A stretch of 64,000 bases of DNA from Octopus vulgaris (lineage: Eukaryota). The position numbers were made by a program, and so were the translations under genes. Below the pieces are notes generated by a model. The model saw only the letters and a program-made list of their open reading frames with translations, did not search any database and was not told where the DNA came from. The stretch is taken from assembly GCA_951406725.2 (NCBI GenBank), contig OX597821.1, positions 30,008,001 through 30,072,000 on the forward strand, written 5' to 3'. Each line of letters begins with the position of its first letter. The stretch's first letter is position 1. This document shows, piece after piece, positions 13,270 to 28,721 of this stretch.

Positions 13270-15258
13270 CGCATGTCCTCGGCATTCATGGCCCATGTTT
13301 CACTACCGTATAGCATGGCAGTTCACACACATGCATCATACAGTCCACCTTTCCCCCTGAGTGAGGGGCCATTAGCTGCCAGCAGAGGTAGGAGCTCCCT
13401 GAATTTGCCCAGGCTATTACTCTAGTTGCTACACTCGCAGAGCAATCACCCCCACTACATACTTGGTCGCCTAGGTAGTAGAAAGTATTTACTACTTCTA
13501 GTTTCTTCCCCAGGCATGTAATGGAAGCTGTTTTCTGAACACCTTCAGTGTTTATTGCCCCACTGCATCTGCCACACACAAGAAATAATTTTCCCAGTTA
13601 ACCTTCCTTTGATATTACTGCACCTTTTATGTGTCCATAGCTTACACCGGGTGCATCGTATGGAGTTTCTACCAATGCCTTTTCTACAGAGGAGTTTGTG
13701 ATTTGACAGCCTGCACACTAACTAAAACTTTGGTTTTGGCTAGGTTAACCCTAAGGCCATTCAATGCTAGACTTTGCTTCCACGCCCTAACCTTTGGCTC
13801 CAGTTCCGGCAGTGACTCTGCTATTAGTGCAAGGTCATCAGCATAGAGGAGCAGCCTGTCTTGAATTCCTCTGTTATTGCCTGGAGGACTATAATGAATA
13901 AGAGGGGTCTGAGGACTGATCTTAGGTTGACCCTTACCCCTACCTAATATTCTTCACTGTACTCGTTGCCAACCGTCACCATACTGTACATGGCTTGTAC
14001 AGCTCTCAATAAACATTTATCCATCCCTAGTCTCCTCATTGACCACCAGATAGGGGATCGGGGGACCCTGTCAATGAAAGCCAGGTACAGAGTTTTATCT
14101 TGGACTAGCTATTTCTCCTGCATCTGTCTTATCAGAAATATAGCATCAGTGGTGCTTTCCCCTGGCACGAACCGAAACTGCATTTCATCTAGACTGCCTC
14201 TCTCCCTAATTACTTGGGCTATGACCCTCTCCGTGACCTTCATGACCTGATCCAACAACTTGATACCTCTGTAATTATTTGTATCTAATGCGTCACCTTT
14301 ACCTTTGTTAGCAGTTAACTACGGTGCTTCTACACCAGTCATTGGGTATGACTCCTTCATGTATCACCTGGTTGACTAGGCTATAGCCGACACCGCCAGA
14401 TATTTTGAGCATCTCTGTGGTGATTCCTGATTGTTCGGGGGCTTTCCCTGTCTTCATACCCTTAATTGCTTTACCTACCAAGGCACTGTCAATTTAGATA
14501 GATAGCTGGTCCCTCTGTTGGGCCAGCATTCGGCAGACTCTCTTTCACACATTCATTCACTTTATTTAGCAAACATTCATAATGGCGTCTCCAAACCTGT
14601 CTCTTTGCAGCTTCGTTTAAAGCAAGTGAACCATCATCCATGAGGACACATTTCTCTCCTAGGACATCTCGATCCTCTCTCACACACTGTCTGGCAACAG
14701 GAAAATACTTCAAGTCTTTGGTCATCACGGCGCAGAACATTAGCAAATTTTTCCTTATCTGCTTCCCCTCTGGCCAAATAAACCTATCTCCTAGTTTCCC
14801 TTTTGGCAGTCTGATACAATTCCCTGCTATCACCGGTCTTCCAGTCCTTCAAAGCCTGTTTCTTTTCCTTACTAGCCCTGTCAACAACATTGTTCCACCA
14901 TCACGTTACCTTGGGTTGAGAGGAAACTTTGCACCATCCACAGATCTGGTCACTAGCCCTCAAAAGGTTGTCTTGTAGAAACCTCCAGTTGTCTTCCACA
15001 GCTTTGAGTAATTTGTCTCTCAATCTCTTTTTGCAGGATCCTTAAGCTTCCAGACCCTTCTCCTCCATTCTGGTCGTCTTCTGGGCATCCATTTAGCTCT
15101 GATCCTGAAGTCGCTAACTACTAATCTATGTTGTGGGGTACATTCTTCACCTGGGAAGGTTTGGGCATTTACAAGTAGTCGTCTTTCCTGTTTCCCTAGT
15201 GAGGATGTAGTCAATTTGACTAGTGTGTCTACCAGATTGGTAGGTGACTAAATGGCCC
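13270..15258 (-). mobile_element. Decayed RTE-clade LINE (end of endonuclease through RT and C-terminal region)
   Basis: FPGEECTPQHRLVVSDF (APE end), RWRRHYECLLN-like segment, LLYADDL around 13835-13855, LEVVNTFYYLGDQV...ATRV..AW and AMLYGSETWAM. Frameshifted. Confidence 0.88.
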
Positions 15259-16430
15259 TGAATATGCTAATCGATTACCATTTAGTAATTATGATACTTC
15301 TACAATTGAAGATAATTTTAATAAATAAGGAATTTATGTATTGTGGCATTTGATACTTGTTAATTGTCTACATTGTTCACATAAATGCCAGTACCAGGCA
15401 GAGGTGGTTTCCAGCAGTAAGAGAAGCTTAAGAATAAATAAATGGAAATTTGTCGGCAGAACAAAGTCAGTATCCTCTTACACTCTCAGTGTTGTGATGA
15501 GAGCCAAGGTACCCTCTTATGAGGAATGGACTGAAACAAGAGAGTGTATATAGTTTGTGTTATTTCATAGTGAAGTTCAAGAGTGTGGGTTGGTTTGTTC
15601 ATTTGGAATATTTGTTGGTTCTTGAGAGATAGTTATGTTGTTATTGCTGCTGCATTATCTTATTTGATCACACTGGTACCACATATTTTAGGCCATTATC
15701 GCAATAGTGGTGGTACTACTCTATTGGATGCAAACCATGTTACAGCATCTGGCGACAAAAGGCTCGAAGATCACGTAGCATGTAATTCACCTGCAAACTA
15801 AGCATTAAATTATTTCTTACCAGATTGTCAGCCTTCTGAAATTCCCTTGTCCATGTTATTTCCTCTGCAGCCATCCACACATTTTATTCAAGATCAACTA
15901 CGTCAATCTTACCAGTTTTGAAGGCACATCTCTTGTCTCAGAAGGAATGCAAAAGGCAAGGATACATCCCCCTTTATCCAGCCAAATTGTTCAAATAAAA
16001 CATGGGAAAAAAAATCCCTAACACCCACTACTATTCCTGTGAATTAGTAAGCTGTAAACTATATCAAACTGAGCCCACATCATCATCTTTAACATGTCTC
16101 ACAGCTAGAACCTTTTACTAAATATTTTATCCAATCATTTATCTCCAGAATGGCAGCTTCTACATGGAATCACATTCTCATCAGACATTAATTTACACAA
16201 GTTGAAAAAAGACATCATCTACATTCACATTAACAGTTTAGGAAAGCCTGCAAATGTTCTCTTGCTCGCACTTTATATTAATACAAATAAGAATTTCTAA
16301 CAAAGGTACATAGCCAAAAATTTTATAGGAGGAAATAATGTCAACTATATTGACCCACTCCATATCTAGTGTTTTATTTCATTGCCCACAAAAAAAGAGA
16401 AATGTGAAGTCTGTTGACAATGCTAACTAA

Positions 16431-17600
16431 CCCTTTCATGACTTAAATTCTGATAGGTAAACTGTTTCATTAAATCTCTAGTACCAGTTTAGCATACAGT
16501 AAACGTGGCCATTTACAATTTAGTATGCTATCTGTTGCCAATTCTAGACCATAGCTCTAACCCTAACATAAACCATAACAAGGCATAGTCTACATAGTTA
16601 CAAGCAGATAGACACTCTACTGACCTTCTCACCTTTATCTCATAATTTTGTTGATCCAAACACCTGATTAATAATTAAAGAAAGTAGTTATTTTACCAAG
16701 ACTGTTCAAATTGATTATGCGTATTTCATTGGGAACATGGCTATAAAAGAATTTAGCATCAAATTTGATTTCAACTTACATTTTCCACAGCTATTCTAAC
16801 AACAGTGTAATAATACTTCTGTAACCTCTCAGAGGAAACATAACTCCTCCTTCACTCCTCTCCACCATTCATTTATGGTTTGAGAATAATTCTATAATTG
16901 TTGTAAACTGGAATGGAACTTACTCTCTTTCTGCTCACATCCATTCTCCATTTAATGCTACTTGGTTTGCATCTTTTAGAGAGATAGATTAGATATAATA
17001 AACTCAAAGAGCAACTAGAAAGTGAAAGTAGTATCTAACTTAGGATGTCTCATAGATAGTGGTGGCAATGGTGTTGGAGGTGGTAGATGTGGTTATCATG
17101 GCAGTGGTGGTTGTGGTGTAGTGGTGACAGTGGATGTATATGATGGCAGCAATTATAGTGTTGGTGTTTTTGTAGAGGTGGTGGTGGTGGTGGCGGCAGT
17201 GGATGATGATGATAATGATGATGATAGTAGTAGTAGCATTGATTATGTTAGGATGTCTCATGGATGGTAGTGTTGAAGACATTGCAGAGTGTAGTGGTGG
17301 TGAAATTGGTGATTTTGAATATGATGCTGGTATTGATCTTGGGGTTGTGGTTGCAGAAGATGGTTGTGGTGGTGGCATTGGAGGTTGTAGTAATGGTTGT
17401 AGTGGTGGTTGTGAAGATGATTCTGATATTGATAGTCTTTGCATTGAGGTGGTGGCAGAGTCAGAGTAAATAATAAGAGCCCAGTTAACACAAGATTCTT
17501 AACTTTCGGAGATCATAAGATAGAGAGCAAGAAGTTAAAAGTTCCAATACTGGCCCAGTACCTACACCCCAGATTCTTCGACTATTTTACAAGAAAGGGG
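16431..17600. mobile_element. Putative non-autonomous piggyBac-like element
   Basis: Left end (C)TAA|CCCTTTCATG and right end CAAGAAAGGGG|TTAA give short imperfect TIRs with a TTAA-like target. Contains the 17074-17594 repeat. Confidence 0.4.
17074..17594 (-). repeat. Inverted copy of 5440-5956
   Basis: Direct sequence alignment by eye; a few indels in the GGT/GAT-rich part. Confidence 0.9.
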
Positions 17601-18637
17601 TTAATGGCAGGATGGGGATTCAGCGTAAAAATAAATTGTATAACAAAAAATACATAAATAAAATTACTGCTCCAACGATGTAATTTTAGTATGTGTGTAT
17701 GTATGTATGTGTGTGTGTGTGTGTGTGTAAGCAATGCAAACAATGGAAAATAATTTAAACACTCATTTTCTGATGTCTAAGGATGGATATTTATGCGTAT
17801 GAATCTTTTTCTTTTTAATTTGTTTCAAATATTATTCTAGGGAACTGAAAAAGCTGTGTACGATGCCAAGCGAATTTAGCTATTTACGATAAGCGGATGT
17901 TTACGTTACAAACGAATCTGTAGGTCTGTTTACACATTTACGTTAACAACGTCACAAAATAGCTGTTTACGTCACAGTAACAATATTTTGAGAGGCAGTA
18001 AATAATGAGGTCGAAAGAAAGAATACTATTGGTTAAAATTCGAATTATTAAACAACGTTAAACTTAGAAATTACAATTCCGTTTTCATTTTGGTTTACAA
18101 TTATGTTTTCTTTTGACACATTCTACCAGAATACGAAGTTTCAAATTGTTTAGTTAACTAGGAAAATCTGGCCTTCAAACTGAAAAGATCCGTAATGTTT
18201 GCTGTTTGACATAAGTAAAACTATCGTATTTATACCTGTTTATCCATCGTCCATCAATCGATCGATCCATCCATCTGTCTGTCCATCCGTCCGTCCGTCC
18301 ATCCTCAGTCTGTCTGTCTGATTGCCCGACAGTCAGGCTGATGTCTGCCTATCTCTTAAAACATACACATACACACACAGACACACACAGACACACACAC
18401 ACTCACACACAAACACACGTAGTTATGTATTTCTATAGATATATGTGTACGTATGTGTGTGCAGACATGTGCGTGTGTATATGTGTTTTTCGTTTGTAAA
18501 TATACTCCTACGTGTGTGTATGCGTGTATATATTTATGTATGCATATGCGTATTCATACAACATGCACACACACATGCGCACACGCACACACGCACACAC
18601 AAACACACACACATATATATATGTATATATATGTGTG

Positions 18638-18716
<79 letters not shown>

Positions 18717-19326
18717 TCATGCTTCCTACGTACGTACAGGCATATACATATGATTCTCTCAACCACACGCAACTGTTTCATGGAAAAAAAATAATAAAAG
18801 GAAACAGACTCATTCACCACACACGTACACATCCACACACTCTCACATCACAGATTTCAAGGAGAAAATATAAAGCTTAAACTCTTAACCAATGGTCTTT
18901 CAATATTTGAAATGAAATAATGAAAAAAAAAACAAAACAATAAAAGTAAAATTAAAAGTAGAAATTCTCTTAGACAACGTTATACAAAAGTCAATTTGAT
19001 TGGCATTTTCCCCACCACGAAAAATAAAATAAAAAATAAACTCATTTGATAATCTTGGATAGAAATAAAAAAGAAGAACGGTGTAACGCTTATAATCCAA
19101 AATGAGTTGTTTTAGAGTAGAATTTTAAACATCTTTTGTTTTCATTGTTATTTGTTTCATTTTCTTTTTCATTCAAATTTTGGAGAAATAAGCTACCATT
19201 AGCAGACGAGATATTGTAATGGCAGACGACCACATAGATTGCTTAGCTATAGTGTATGTTAATAGTACTGTTCATGAGATGTTAATGTTATACAAATACA
19301 AAGCAAAACGTACATACATACATACA

Positions 19327-19362
<36 letters not shown>

Positions 19363-20059
19363 TACATACATACATACATACATACATACATACATACATA
19401 CATACATACATTATACATCCATTTATCCATACATACATACATTATACATACATACATGCATATTACATATACACACGGACATCTATATTAAGGGGAGAAA
19501 TCAAATGGAGAAAATCGATTTATACACGAAGTTTTAAATTAGTAACTGTAGACTCGAAGTCATTGATTATTGTTCACATCTCTCTATGGCATGAATTGGA
19601 TGTTAGTGAAGCGTATATGAAGCACGTCCATTTTTAAGATAACAATCATTTGGCGCAGACTTCCTAACAGTGCATGACGGTTGCTGGATTAAATTTTCAT
19701 ACTGGAAACCGATACTCTTAAAAGTATTTACATAAACTATGTTTCTGAGTCACAGCTAGCAAAGTTGTTATAATATCAATTTACAGGCACTTATTTTCTC
19801 TGAAAGACCTTTTTCATTTTGTATAACCGAAACACCTTCACTTACCCTCTGCTAAACCTCAGCTTTGAAACTAGAGGAATGTACGAATCGAACCCGTAAG
19901 CCGTGATATATACCTTATGCTCAGCTGTATAAGGAAAACAAGCCATTCTTGATTCAGTTAAGGTGAGGCAGGTTTTTTTTTAATAATTTGAATGAAAGAG
20001 CAAAGAAGAAAGCTACAAAATGTATTTCTTAATGCTTCTTTTTCCTAAATATTTTACAC

Positions 20060-20270
20060 GGAGGCTCGCGTCTTAGTGGTTAGAAGGTTCGATTCAGATT
20101 TCTAAGATGTAGTTTCGATTCCTGAACTGGACGTCACGTTGAGTTCTTGAGCAAGACACTTCATCTCACGTTGCTTCAGTTCGCTCAGCTGGGAAAAAAA
20201 TAAGTAATCCTGCAACGGAGTGGGGAATATATACGCGACGGAAGCTGGCAAACTTTACATGACCCGGGAC
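20060..20270 (+). mobile_element. Decayed tRNA-derived CORE-type SINE
   Basis: A-box-like CTTAGTGGTTAG, B-box-like GTTTCGATTCC and CORE-like TTGAGCAAGACACTTCATCTCAC. Same family as 37154-37399. Confidence 0.7.
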
Positions 20271-21959
20271 TTTGCTTTACTACGTATACAAAATATATAC
20301 TTTTAATATTTCTTTTTCCTACATAGTTAGTGGCCACGTAAAGCATGATTTCATCTCTTTCTTCGAATCATCAGCTCAGTGTGACTCGAGACACACACGT
20401 TACACTAAAGAACTCACGTTACGAAAGAAATCATTACTGCACACTGTACAACTTATACATTGGCCTCGAGCTTCGTTTTCTTCATGAAGCCACAGATACA
20501 CCGACATACAATGCGTCCTTAACAGAATATGAGTGCAATATAAGTATCTGATTCCATTCTATTTCTTCTATAATAAGAAAAGGTAGACAGAAGAGAAGAA
20601 TCGAACTTAGTATAGCACTGTTACTTTATTTATCAGCCCTAAAGCAATGAATGGAATTTGAATACAAAGACCTGAGGAATAGAAGGATAACGATGTCGCT
20701 CTTTCTCCGACGTTCGAATACGATACGTTTTAGTACAGGCGCTTTCGCGCAGTCTATCGGGCGTCGCTGATTTTAATGTCGTTCTCATCCCCTTCCTGCC
20801 TCTCCTTCTCTTTTTCTCTTTCTCACTCTCTCTCTCTCTGTTTATGTGTATATGCAGAAAGGGAGTGTATTTATGCCAATTGTGTTTAATTAATTGTAAT
20901 GATTTTCTATCCTACCTCTCTCGCTCTCGTTCTCTCTATCTGTAGTTCTATATTTCTACGCGTGCATGTTCGCACGTGTATGTATGTGTGTATGCGTGTA
21001 TGCGCATGTGTGTGCGCCAGTGTGTGTGTGCATGTATGCGTGTGTGTGTGTGTCTGTGTGTGTGTGTGTATGCCTCCAATGCGAAAACAAACTGAATGTC
21101 CTGTCAGGTGTGCTAAACCCGCCAGCGCCCAAACAGCTGCGCCCGATCGTTTTATTTAGCCGTTTCTCTAGCGACTCTGCCATACGCGGTTTTTTATAGA
21201 ATATAACACGGTTTTTATATGAATATAACGCAATAATACAAAACATAGATAAATTGCCCCGTTACACTGTTACTTTCAGAGTTCATCCGATATTCAAATA
21301 TCTTAAGATTTGATAACAAGTTCCTCATTAACTTTCTTGAAGGAAGACTCACTAACAGGCAAAAATCCAAATTAGTGTAGCCTTCATCAAGATAGATGTA
21401 AAGCGAAGCAGAAAAAAATTATGTGACTGATAACCATCGTTGATATTAGCTGAGAACAGAATCAAAATGTAATTAAAATATAAGCTATACGTAGTAGAAC
21501 ATCTGTAATATAATACTACATTGACAAAGCGATGCATAGAAATTATACTAGTTTATAAGATTTGTACATGAAATTCAAATTCTGGTCTGGGGTGAGGGAG
21601 AGAAAAGCACTAATCTGCCCAAAGGCCATGTGAACTCATAGCATGAATGAACTAATTTAAACACTGCTAGAAACTCATTTCGTATCTCGATTAGGATAAA
21701 AGCATAAAAACAATAAGGGCAACTACAAAAAAAGGAAAGATATAGAAAACGGAACGAAGCACAGATACGAATATGTAGTTAAGAAGCTTGCTTCACAAAC
21801 ATGTGGGTTTTTTTTTGGTTTCGGAGTTACTGTGCAACACTTTTAGGGCGGTGTTTTCTGCTGTTGCCACGTGACGACTACATTATATTCACTCCCACAT
21901 TATATGTGGGAGTGAATATTGTCGTATGTACGCATATGTATATACGTGCATGAATGCAA

Positions 21960-22126
21960 AGATATTTGTGTGTGCTGGCATAAATATATATGTATATATA
22001 TATAAGTGTGTGTATATGTATATGTATGTATATACATATATACATATATATATATGTATGCATGTATATCCATATATATATATACGTGTGAGTATATATA
22101 TATATAAATATATATATATATATGTG

Positions 22127-22164
<38 letters not shown>

Positions 22165-22194
22165 CATACATAGATGTACACACACGTATATATA

Positions 22195-22253
<59 letters not shown>

Positions 22254-22260
22254 ATGTATA
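21960..22260. repeat. Compound (TA)n/(TG)n microsatellite; similar blocks at 18600-18715, 26330-27437, 31860-32040, 57670-57735 and 61470-61715
   Basis: Seen directly. These blocks generate the [12 protein letters not shown] pseudo-ORFs. Confidence 0.95.
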
Positions 22261-22439
22261 TAAATAATATTAGAGTAATAACAATAATAGAACTTTTTTG
22301 GGTAATAAAAAATATATATGTATATATATATGTAATATGTGTGCGTATGCGTGTCGGTGGTTGTGTGAGTGTGAGTGTAGTATTGCTGGTGCGTGTGCAC
22401 GTGTGTATCTATTAGTTTTTGTTTAAGAGCTGTGACTAT

Positions 22440-25370
22440 TCTGGGTGGCTACCAACTGTTGTTGATATACCTTCATTAACCCCCAGCACCTTTAATTGTT
22501 GGAGTTTTGCGAATTGGAGTGTTTGATGTCGCCACCCTCATTCTCATTTCCAGTTATGAATGTGGCGCATCCGGGACTCTTATCAGCAGGAAATCTACTT
22601 TAGTTTTTGAAGATGTCTACACCCACAACCTGCAGATCTCTCAGCTCGTTCGAGAGGACACTGAAGTGCTGTGGTCTTTGAATCCCAAGCTATTGCAGTA
22701 TCTGATCCTGTATATTGACAACTGGGTATAGATTTTAAGCATATTGCAACGGTTCCCAGTCTAACTTTCAACACTGAAGTCTAACTATGCAACGGTTCCC
22801 TGTCTACCTATGCGATGGCTCCCTGTCTAACTTTCAACGCCAAAGTCTGTGACAAGTCATTCCAGAATAATCCAAGTGTATACTGCAGCATGTATTTTGT
22901 ATCCTTATTCCAAGGAGTAAAGTCTTAAGCTCTTGAGTCTTTCCCAGTAGTTAATTTGCTGCATTGGGTTTATCTTCTTCGTGTTGCATCGGTGGACTGC
23001 TTCGATTCCTGTGGTGACCGTAGTTAAAAGCAATATCCAAGACGTCTTAGGACGAAAGTCCTCCATAGAATATCATGGTTTCCTATCCATCCGGTCAGTT
23101 GCCTGCATGTCAGTGAGTTGCCAACTTCGTAATATACACATGGAAGTATGTTTACCCACTCATATTAATACTCACGTAACGCACAGACTGTAATTTTAGA
23201 ATTTCAATTCCTGCTATAAGTCTACATTGCATTTAACTTTGTGTACTGTTAGCATAGTGGTTGGAACTTTAAACTCCCTTAAATTGCATGTTATTGTCGT
23301 CAGCGGACATCCATATGGCATCAAACTCTTGTTGCAGATGCATGACAGCACCAGGGTTTTGTATACCCTGTAAAGCATTTGAATCATCTGCCTAGCCTCT
23401 GAGTGTAGCTGTCTGTGTCGATGAGAACATATCTGAGAGGGCCAATACGAACAGTAGCAATCGCAGTTCCGTGCCACGGGGACACCACTCACTATTTGTG
23501 TTTCCTTGGAGTTGGTTCCATTGGCTACTACTGCCTGACTTCTATCATTTAAAAAGTCGTCAAGCCACTCTTCCTACGTGTCTTCTATAGTCTTAAATAC
23601 AGTTCTATAGGAATCACACATACACACACACGCACCCGCACGCATACACGGACACACATACACACACACACTAACATGTACGTGCGCATATATACACATA
23701 CAAGTTTTGCGACTATGCCAAGGTCACGACACTTGTGCCATACCATTCTATGATCGACTTCAACGAAGACTTTCCCAAAGTCGAGATATATCACATCTAC
23801 ACTTGAGTGGTTAAGCAGCGTGTTTTAAAAGGCAAATTCAGGCAAATTCTTTCTGGTCGGAAAGCCACACTAGGTGTCATTCAGAAAGTTATTTTCTTCA
23901 AGCAACGTGTTTAGTTCCCTACGGATCATCGTTACTATGACTTTGCTGATAAAGATGCTAGAGAGATAGGCCCACAATTTTCGGTATATTATTCCCTTCA
24001 ATTTTCCACTTGCAAAGAAAATCTAGGAGACTGCAGTGGATTTGCTTGGGCTTTGCTTACATGATTTTAGAAGGATTGCTCGGAAACCATTAGAGCAAGT
24101 AGTTGAGTTCATGTTTATCTCATCTATGGTCAGCATTACCTCTTTTTCTTTTATATCGATGTAATCAATTGTTGTTGCTTCTGTTTTTATATCTGTAGTA
24201 GTAAAGAACTCAACAGGTTTGCTGAGTTGCTAGTGTTGTAAGGGTTAGCTGAAAACGCTTTTCAATTGTTCTTTCAGTGTTTTACTTATTCCCGTTGGAT
24301 TTCCTGTGAGGAGCCATCTTTTTTGAAAAGAGATTCAACTCTGTAATGCATTAAGTCAATTTCGTTGGAAAACATAAAGTAAGCTTTAGGGTTTGATTTA
24401 ATTAATATTTTCTATAAGCCTACCTTCCCCATCTACTCTCTCTTTTTCGAGGAAACTTCTGATATTTTCCTCAATTTTTAGCAGTGTTGCTCCCAGGCAA
24501 GATTTTTCATAGCTATAGAGTATTCTGTTTAGGTATTCTGTTTGCAATCTTTGTACGCTGTCTCATAAAAAACTTTCTTCACCCTTGGAAGTTTATTTTC
24601 GTGTACATCAACCTTTCTCTCCGGGACCAACTTGTAGCACATCTCTTACATTATGGGCATGAAGTCTTTAAGCTTCATCTCAATGTCAGGTGTGGTGCAA
24701 TATTGAAACCAATCCTGTTTGAAGATCTCTTTCAATCAACATCAAGTCTGCTTCATGGAATTATATTGGATAGATTTTGGGATTTCTCATAGGCTGTATC
24801 TCTGCGAACTCCTTTGGTCCATACATGGTCATCTCTATTATATTGTTATCGGAGACTAGCATCGAGATCTCTTTCACATTATACATGAAATTCATATTGT
24901 AAGCAGAGATTAAGTTAAGTTGTTTGCCCTTGTTAGTTGGAGTACTACTAGCTCTGTGTATAACGTGTTGCTGAAATTGATCAAGGATTCCCCTTACGTT
25001 CGTTCGAGTCACGTCATTCTTGAGAAGAAAAAGGCCCTTCAAGCCATCCTCCGTTTGGCTGATTGAACTCTCCTATGAGAAGTAGCCTATGTTGTTCTAA
25101 CTTGGTTAAGATTTCTTCTACTTTTGCATGAAATTCTTGAAATCTACCCGTGTGATTTGGAGCATCTGGTGGGCTATAAGATATATATATATATATATAT
25201 GTAACACCACCGAGTTGTCTTATATGTATTGAGCTTCAGTATGACAGAAGGACCTGGGATATGAGTCCTTCACGAGTGTACACTGCAACTCCGACATGAC
25301 TCCTGTCTTTTCTTTCGATTCGCAACATACCATATTTTCGTATGTGTATTTCTGCATCTGCAATATTAAG
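22440..25370 (-). mobile_element. Decayed CR1/L2-group LINE ORF2 (endonuclease-RT-C terminus), interrupted by microsatellites
   Basis: RT motif DVIYLDFGKVFVEVDH...KCRDLGI (ORF 23585-23794). Endonuclease segment TPTNKGKQLNLI...SDNNIIE. C-terminal LRDLQ..GVDIFK..VD..L.RVPDAP near 22560-22700. Confidence 0.8.
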
Positions 25371-25395
25371 TTTTAGATGCGTTTCTGTTTGTCTG

Positions 25396-25487
<92 letters not shown>

Positions 25488-25532
25488 CCTACCTACCTAC
25501 CTACCTACATACCTACCTACCTACCTACCTAC

Positions 25533-25568
<36 letters not shown>

Positions 25569-26238
25569 TTATGTATGTATGTACCTATCTATCTGAATAT
25601 ATATATATATATACCTACACATATATACATATATACATATATATATATACCAAATTAAAAAAAAGTGGTCAAATTCGTAGCCCTATTAGAATCGAGGCAA
25701 CGAATGAATTTATAGAGAACTTTGAGCATGATTTTCAGAATTGCTGAAATAATTGATGCTGTAACAATTTTACCACTAAATGGAAGGGTAATACGCCATT
25801 ATTCACTATTGTCATAAAGTTTTGATAAACATTTTTATACAGCGATGGCCATGTATGTTTGCGTTGATGTCTGTAACGTCTGCTGTATTTGAACAAGTTG
25901 ATGTTTGTAATTGTCTTGTGAGATTTTGTGCTTGCGTAAGAGTTGTGTATATAACAAATATGAAATAATATATGTTGTATACAATATAAACACATACACA
26001 CGCGCCTGCCCGCCCACACACATGTACGCACGCATATATGTGTACATAATTGTATGTGTATGTGTGTGTGTGATTCTATATGAGTGTTATTTGGGTAATA
26101 TTTCTATGCATGTTATTCTGTGGACATTTGGCAATGCTTGAGTTAATATTTGTGTTTTTATGCGTTTATTTTCTGTGTGTTTGTGTGTATGTGTGTGTGT
26201 GTGTGAGTATGTCTAGGCATAAGTGAGATAAAGTTGGT

Positions 26239-26273
<35 letters not shown>

Positions 26274-26446
26274 AGAGAGACACACAATACGCAATCGTCT
26301 CCTTCCCAATGTTATAATACATATAAACGTGTTTACATATAAGCATATATGTATGTATATATGTGTATATATATGTGTGTGTATGTATATGTGTATATAT
26401 ACATATTCGTATGTATGCATGTATTTGTATATATACACACACATAC

Positions 26447-26489
<43 letters not shown>

Positions 26490-26530
26490 CATATAGACAT
26501 ATACGTACCTACACACACGCATACACGCAA

Positions 26531-26595
<65 letters not shown>

Positions 26596-26923
26596 ACACA
26601 CACACATATACATACACATACATATACGTATAGGCAGAATATGTTTTAAATATATTAAGTGCATTTCATGAATGATTTATTAATAGAGAAAACAACAACA
26701 ACAACAACAAGCAGACGATCAAACAAATAATACATTATTGTGAGGTAAAACTGGTTGTTTTGAAATAACAACACAAAACACACAAATCAGAAGTTCGCTG
26801 TGATTGACCACTGACGATCGACATTTTGGTAGCAGTCATTGTTATACGTCTTTGTAATACACATGACTATATATATGTATATATACATACATACACATAT
26901 ATATATATATATGTATGTATATA

Positions 26924-26979
<56 letters not shown>

Positions 26980-27180
26980 GATATATACATAGATATATAT
27001 ATATATACATATATATATACATAGATACACACACACACATATATATATATGTATATATATATATATACATATATATATACATACATATATATGTATATAT
27101 ATATACATCTATCTATATATATACAAGAATATCTGTATATATCTATATCTATCTATCTATATATATATAGATAGATATAG

Positions 27181-27227
<47 letters not shown>

Positions 27228-28721
27228 TATACATGCATATATATATACATATATACATACATATACATATACATGCATAAATATATATACATATATACAT
27301 ACATATACATATTCATGCATATATATATATCTCTATATATATATATATATATATAATTATATATATATATAGATATAAATATATACACTTGCATGTGTGT
27401 ATATGCACACACACACACACACATACACACACACACACAAGACTAATCTGTATTTTAGTTTCCTCGCCAAGTTATTTATCTTCCGGCATTTACTTTTTCT
27501 CATTTCGTTTTATTCCAGAAAAATAAATACACGAATGAATGAATGAATAGATAAACAAAGAAACAAAGAAATAAACAAACAAACAGGCAAACAAACAAAC
27601 AAACAAACAAATTGATAAACAAATGAAAGGAAAAAGAAATACCACACAATTGCCATTCAGCAAACACACGTGAAAACATAATTTATCAGTGTTCTTGTTT
27701 TCAGAGAAAGCAATTGCCTTCTTCCCTCTGTCTCTTAAAATTTTACGATTATTCAATCCGATAGATATGCTAATCCCTATCTACATAATACTTGTTCTTC
27801 TTCTTTTCATTGACATGTAACGATCTAAGCATTCTATTTTAACTGCATTTTGCGTGTATTAAGGTGGTAGAGCTAACCGTTTCTTTTACTATATACTTTT
27901 AGCCAATTTAACGAAGTTCAGCTACTTCAAGTCAGGTGAATATTTCAAATGCAGATAGTTTTGATTTATTTCTATTTGTCGTAAAACGTAATCAGCCACA
28001 ACAGGGTAAACCATGAAATGAGTCTACTTTATAGTTAGATAGGTCTTCTATCATTTAGATGTTTTCTTGTACCAATGCATTCTTCCCTTTATCCATCTCT
28101 ACCTACTTCTCAGTTTGTTGTGACATGCTACTGAATTACTGGAAAGATGTTCAAACTCTTACAGACTTTGATGGATGGTAAGAATAAGCTATCTATAATG
28201 ATCAACGTCATCGAAGGTTTGGCAGTTCATATGTAATCACCAATATTTCCTTGGTAGTAAGAATCTAACTAAATTTTGTCTTGTTTAAACACCCAGAATG
28301 TTCAATATGCACAACAAGGATCTCATGTCCATTACTGGAAATCAGAAGACTACTGTGTAATATAATTTATGAGATTGCCAGGAAACCAAATATAGACCTC
28401 ATTGTGGTACAAGTAACAGAATAACTCACAACCTTTTTACTACTGGTACTCATTTTATTGACCTCACCAACAGCTGGCAAATAAAAGCCATCAAAATCAA
28501 TTGAGTTTGAAAGCAGGACATATACTCCATCGAATTTTGCTGCTGATCGAATGTTAGGTTGTTTTTATCTAATCACTAATACATCAATCATAGCGAGTAC
28601 ATTAAATTCTCGGTGGTTTATTTTATATAATCATAAACGAGTAACATGAGGATGTACAGCACATTGCTCTAAACACGAAGATTACTCTATAATGTTATAC
28701 TTAATGTAAAACGATAAACGT

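Noticed and set aside
16555-16580. Telomere-like CTAACCCTAAC
   Set aside because: Fewer than three degenerate units; not an interstitial telomeric array.
22744-22845. Short local tandem duplications (also 29238-29275 and 55668-55747)
   Set aside because: Ordinary slippage duplications with no spacers or structural motif.
18445-27436. Dozens of YIYIYI / CVCVCV / THTHTH / YLSIYLS ORFs here and across the window
   Set aside because: Translations of (TA)n, (TG)n, (CA)n and (TCTA)n microsatellites.
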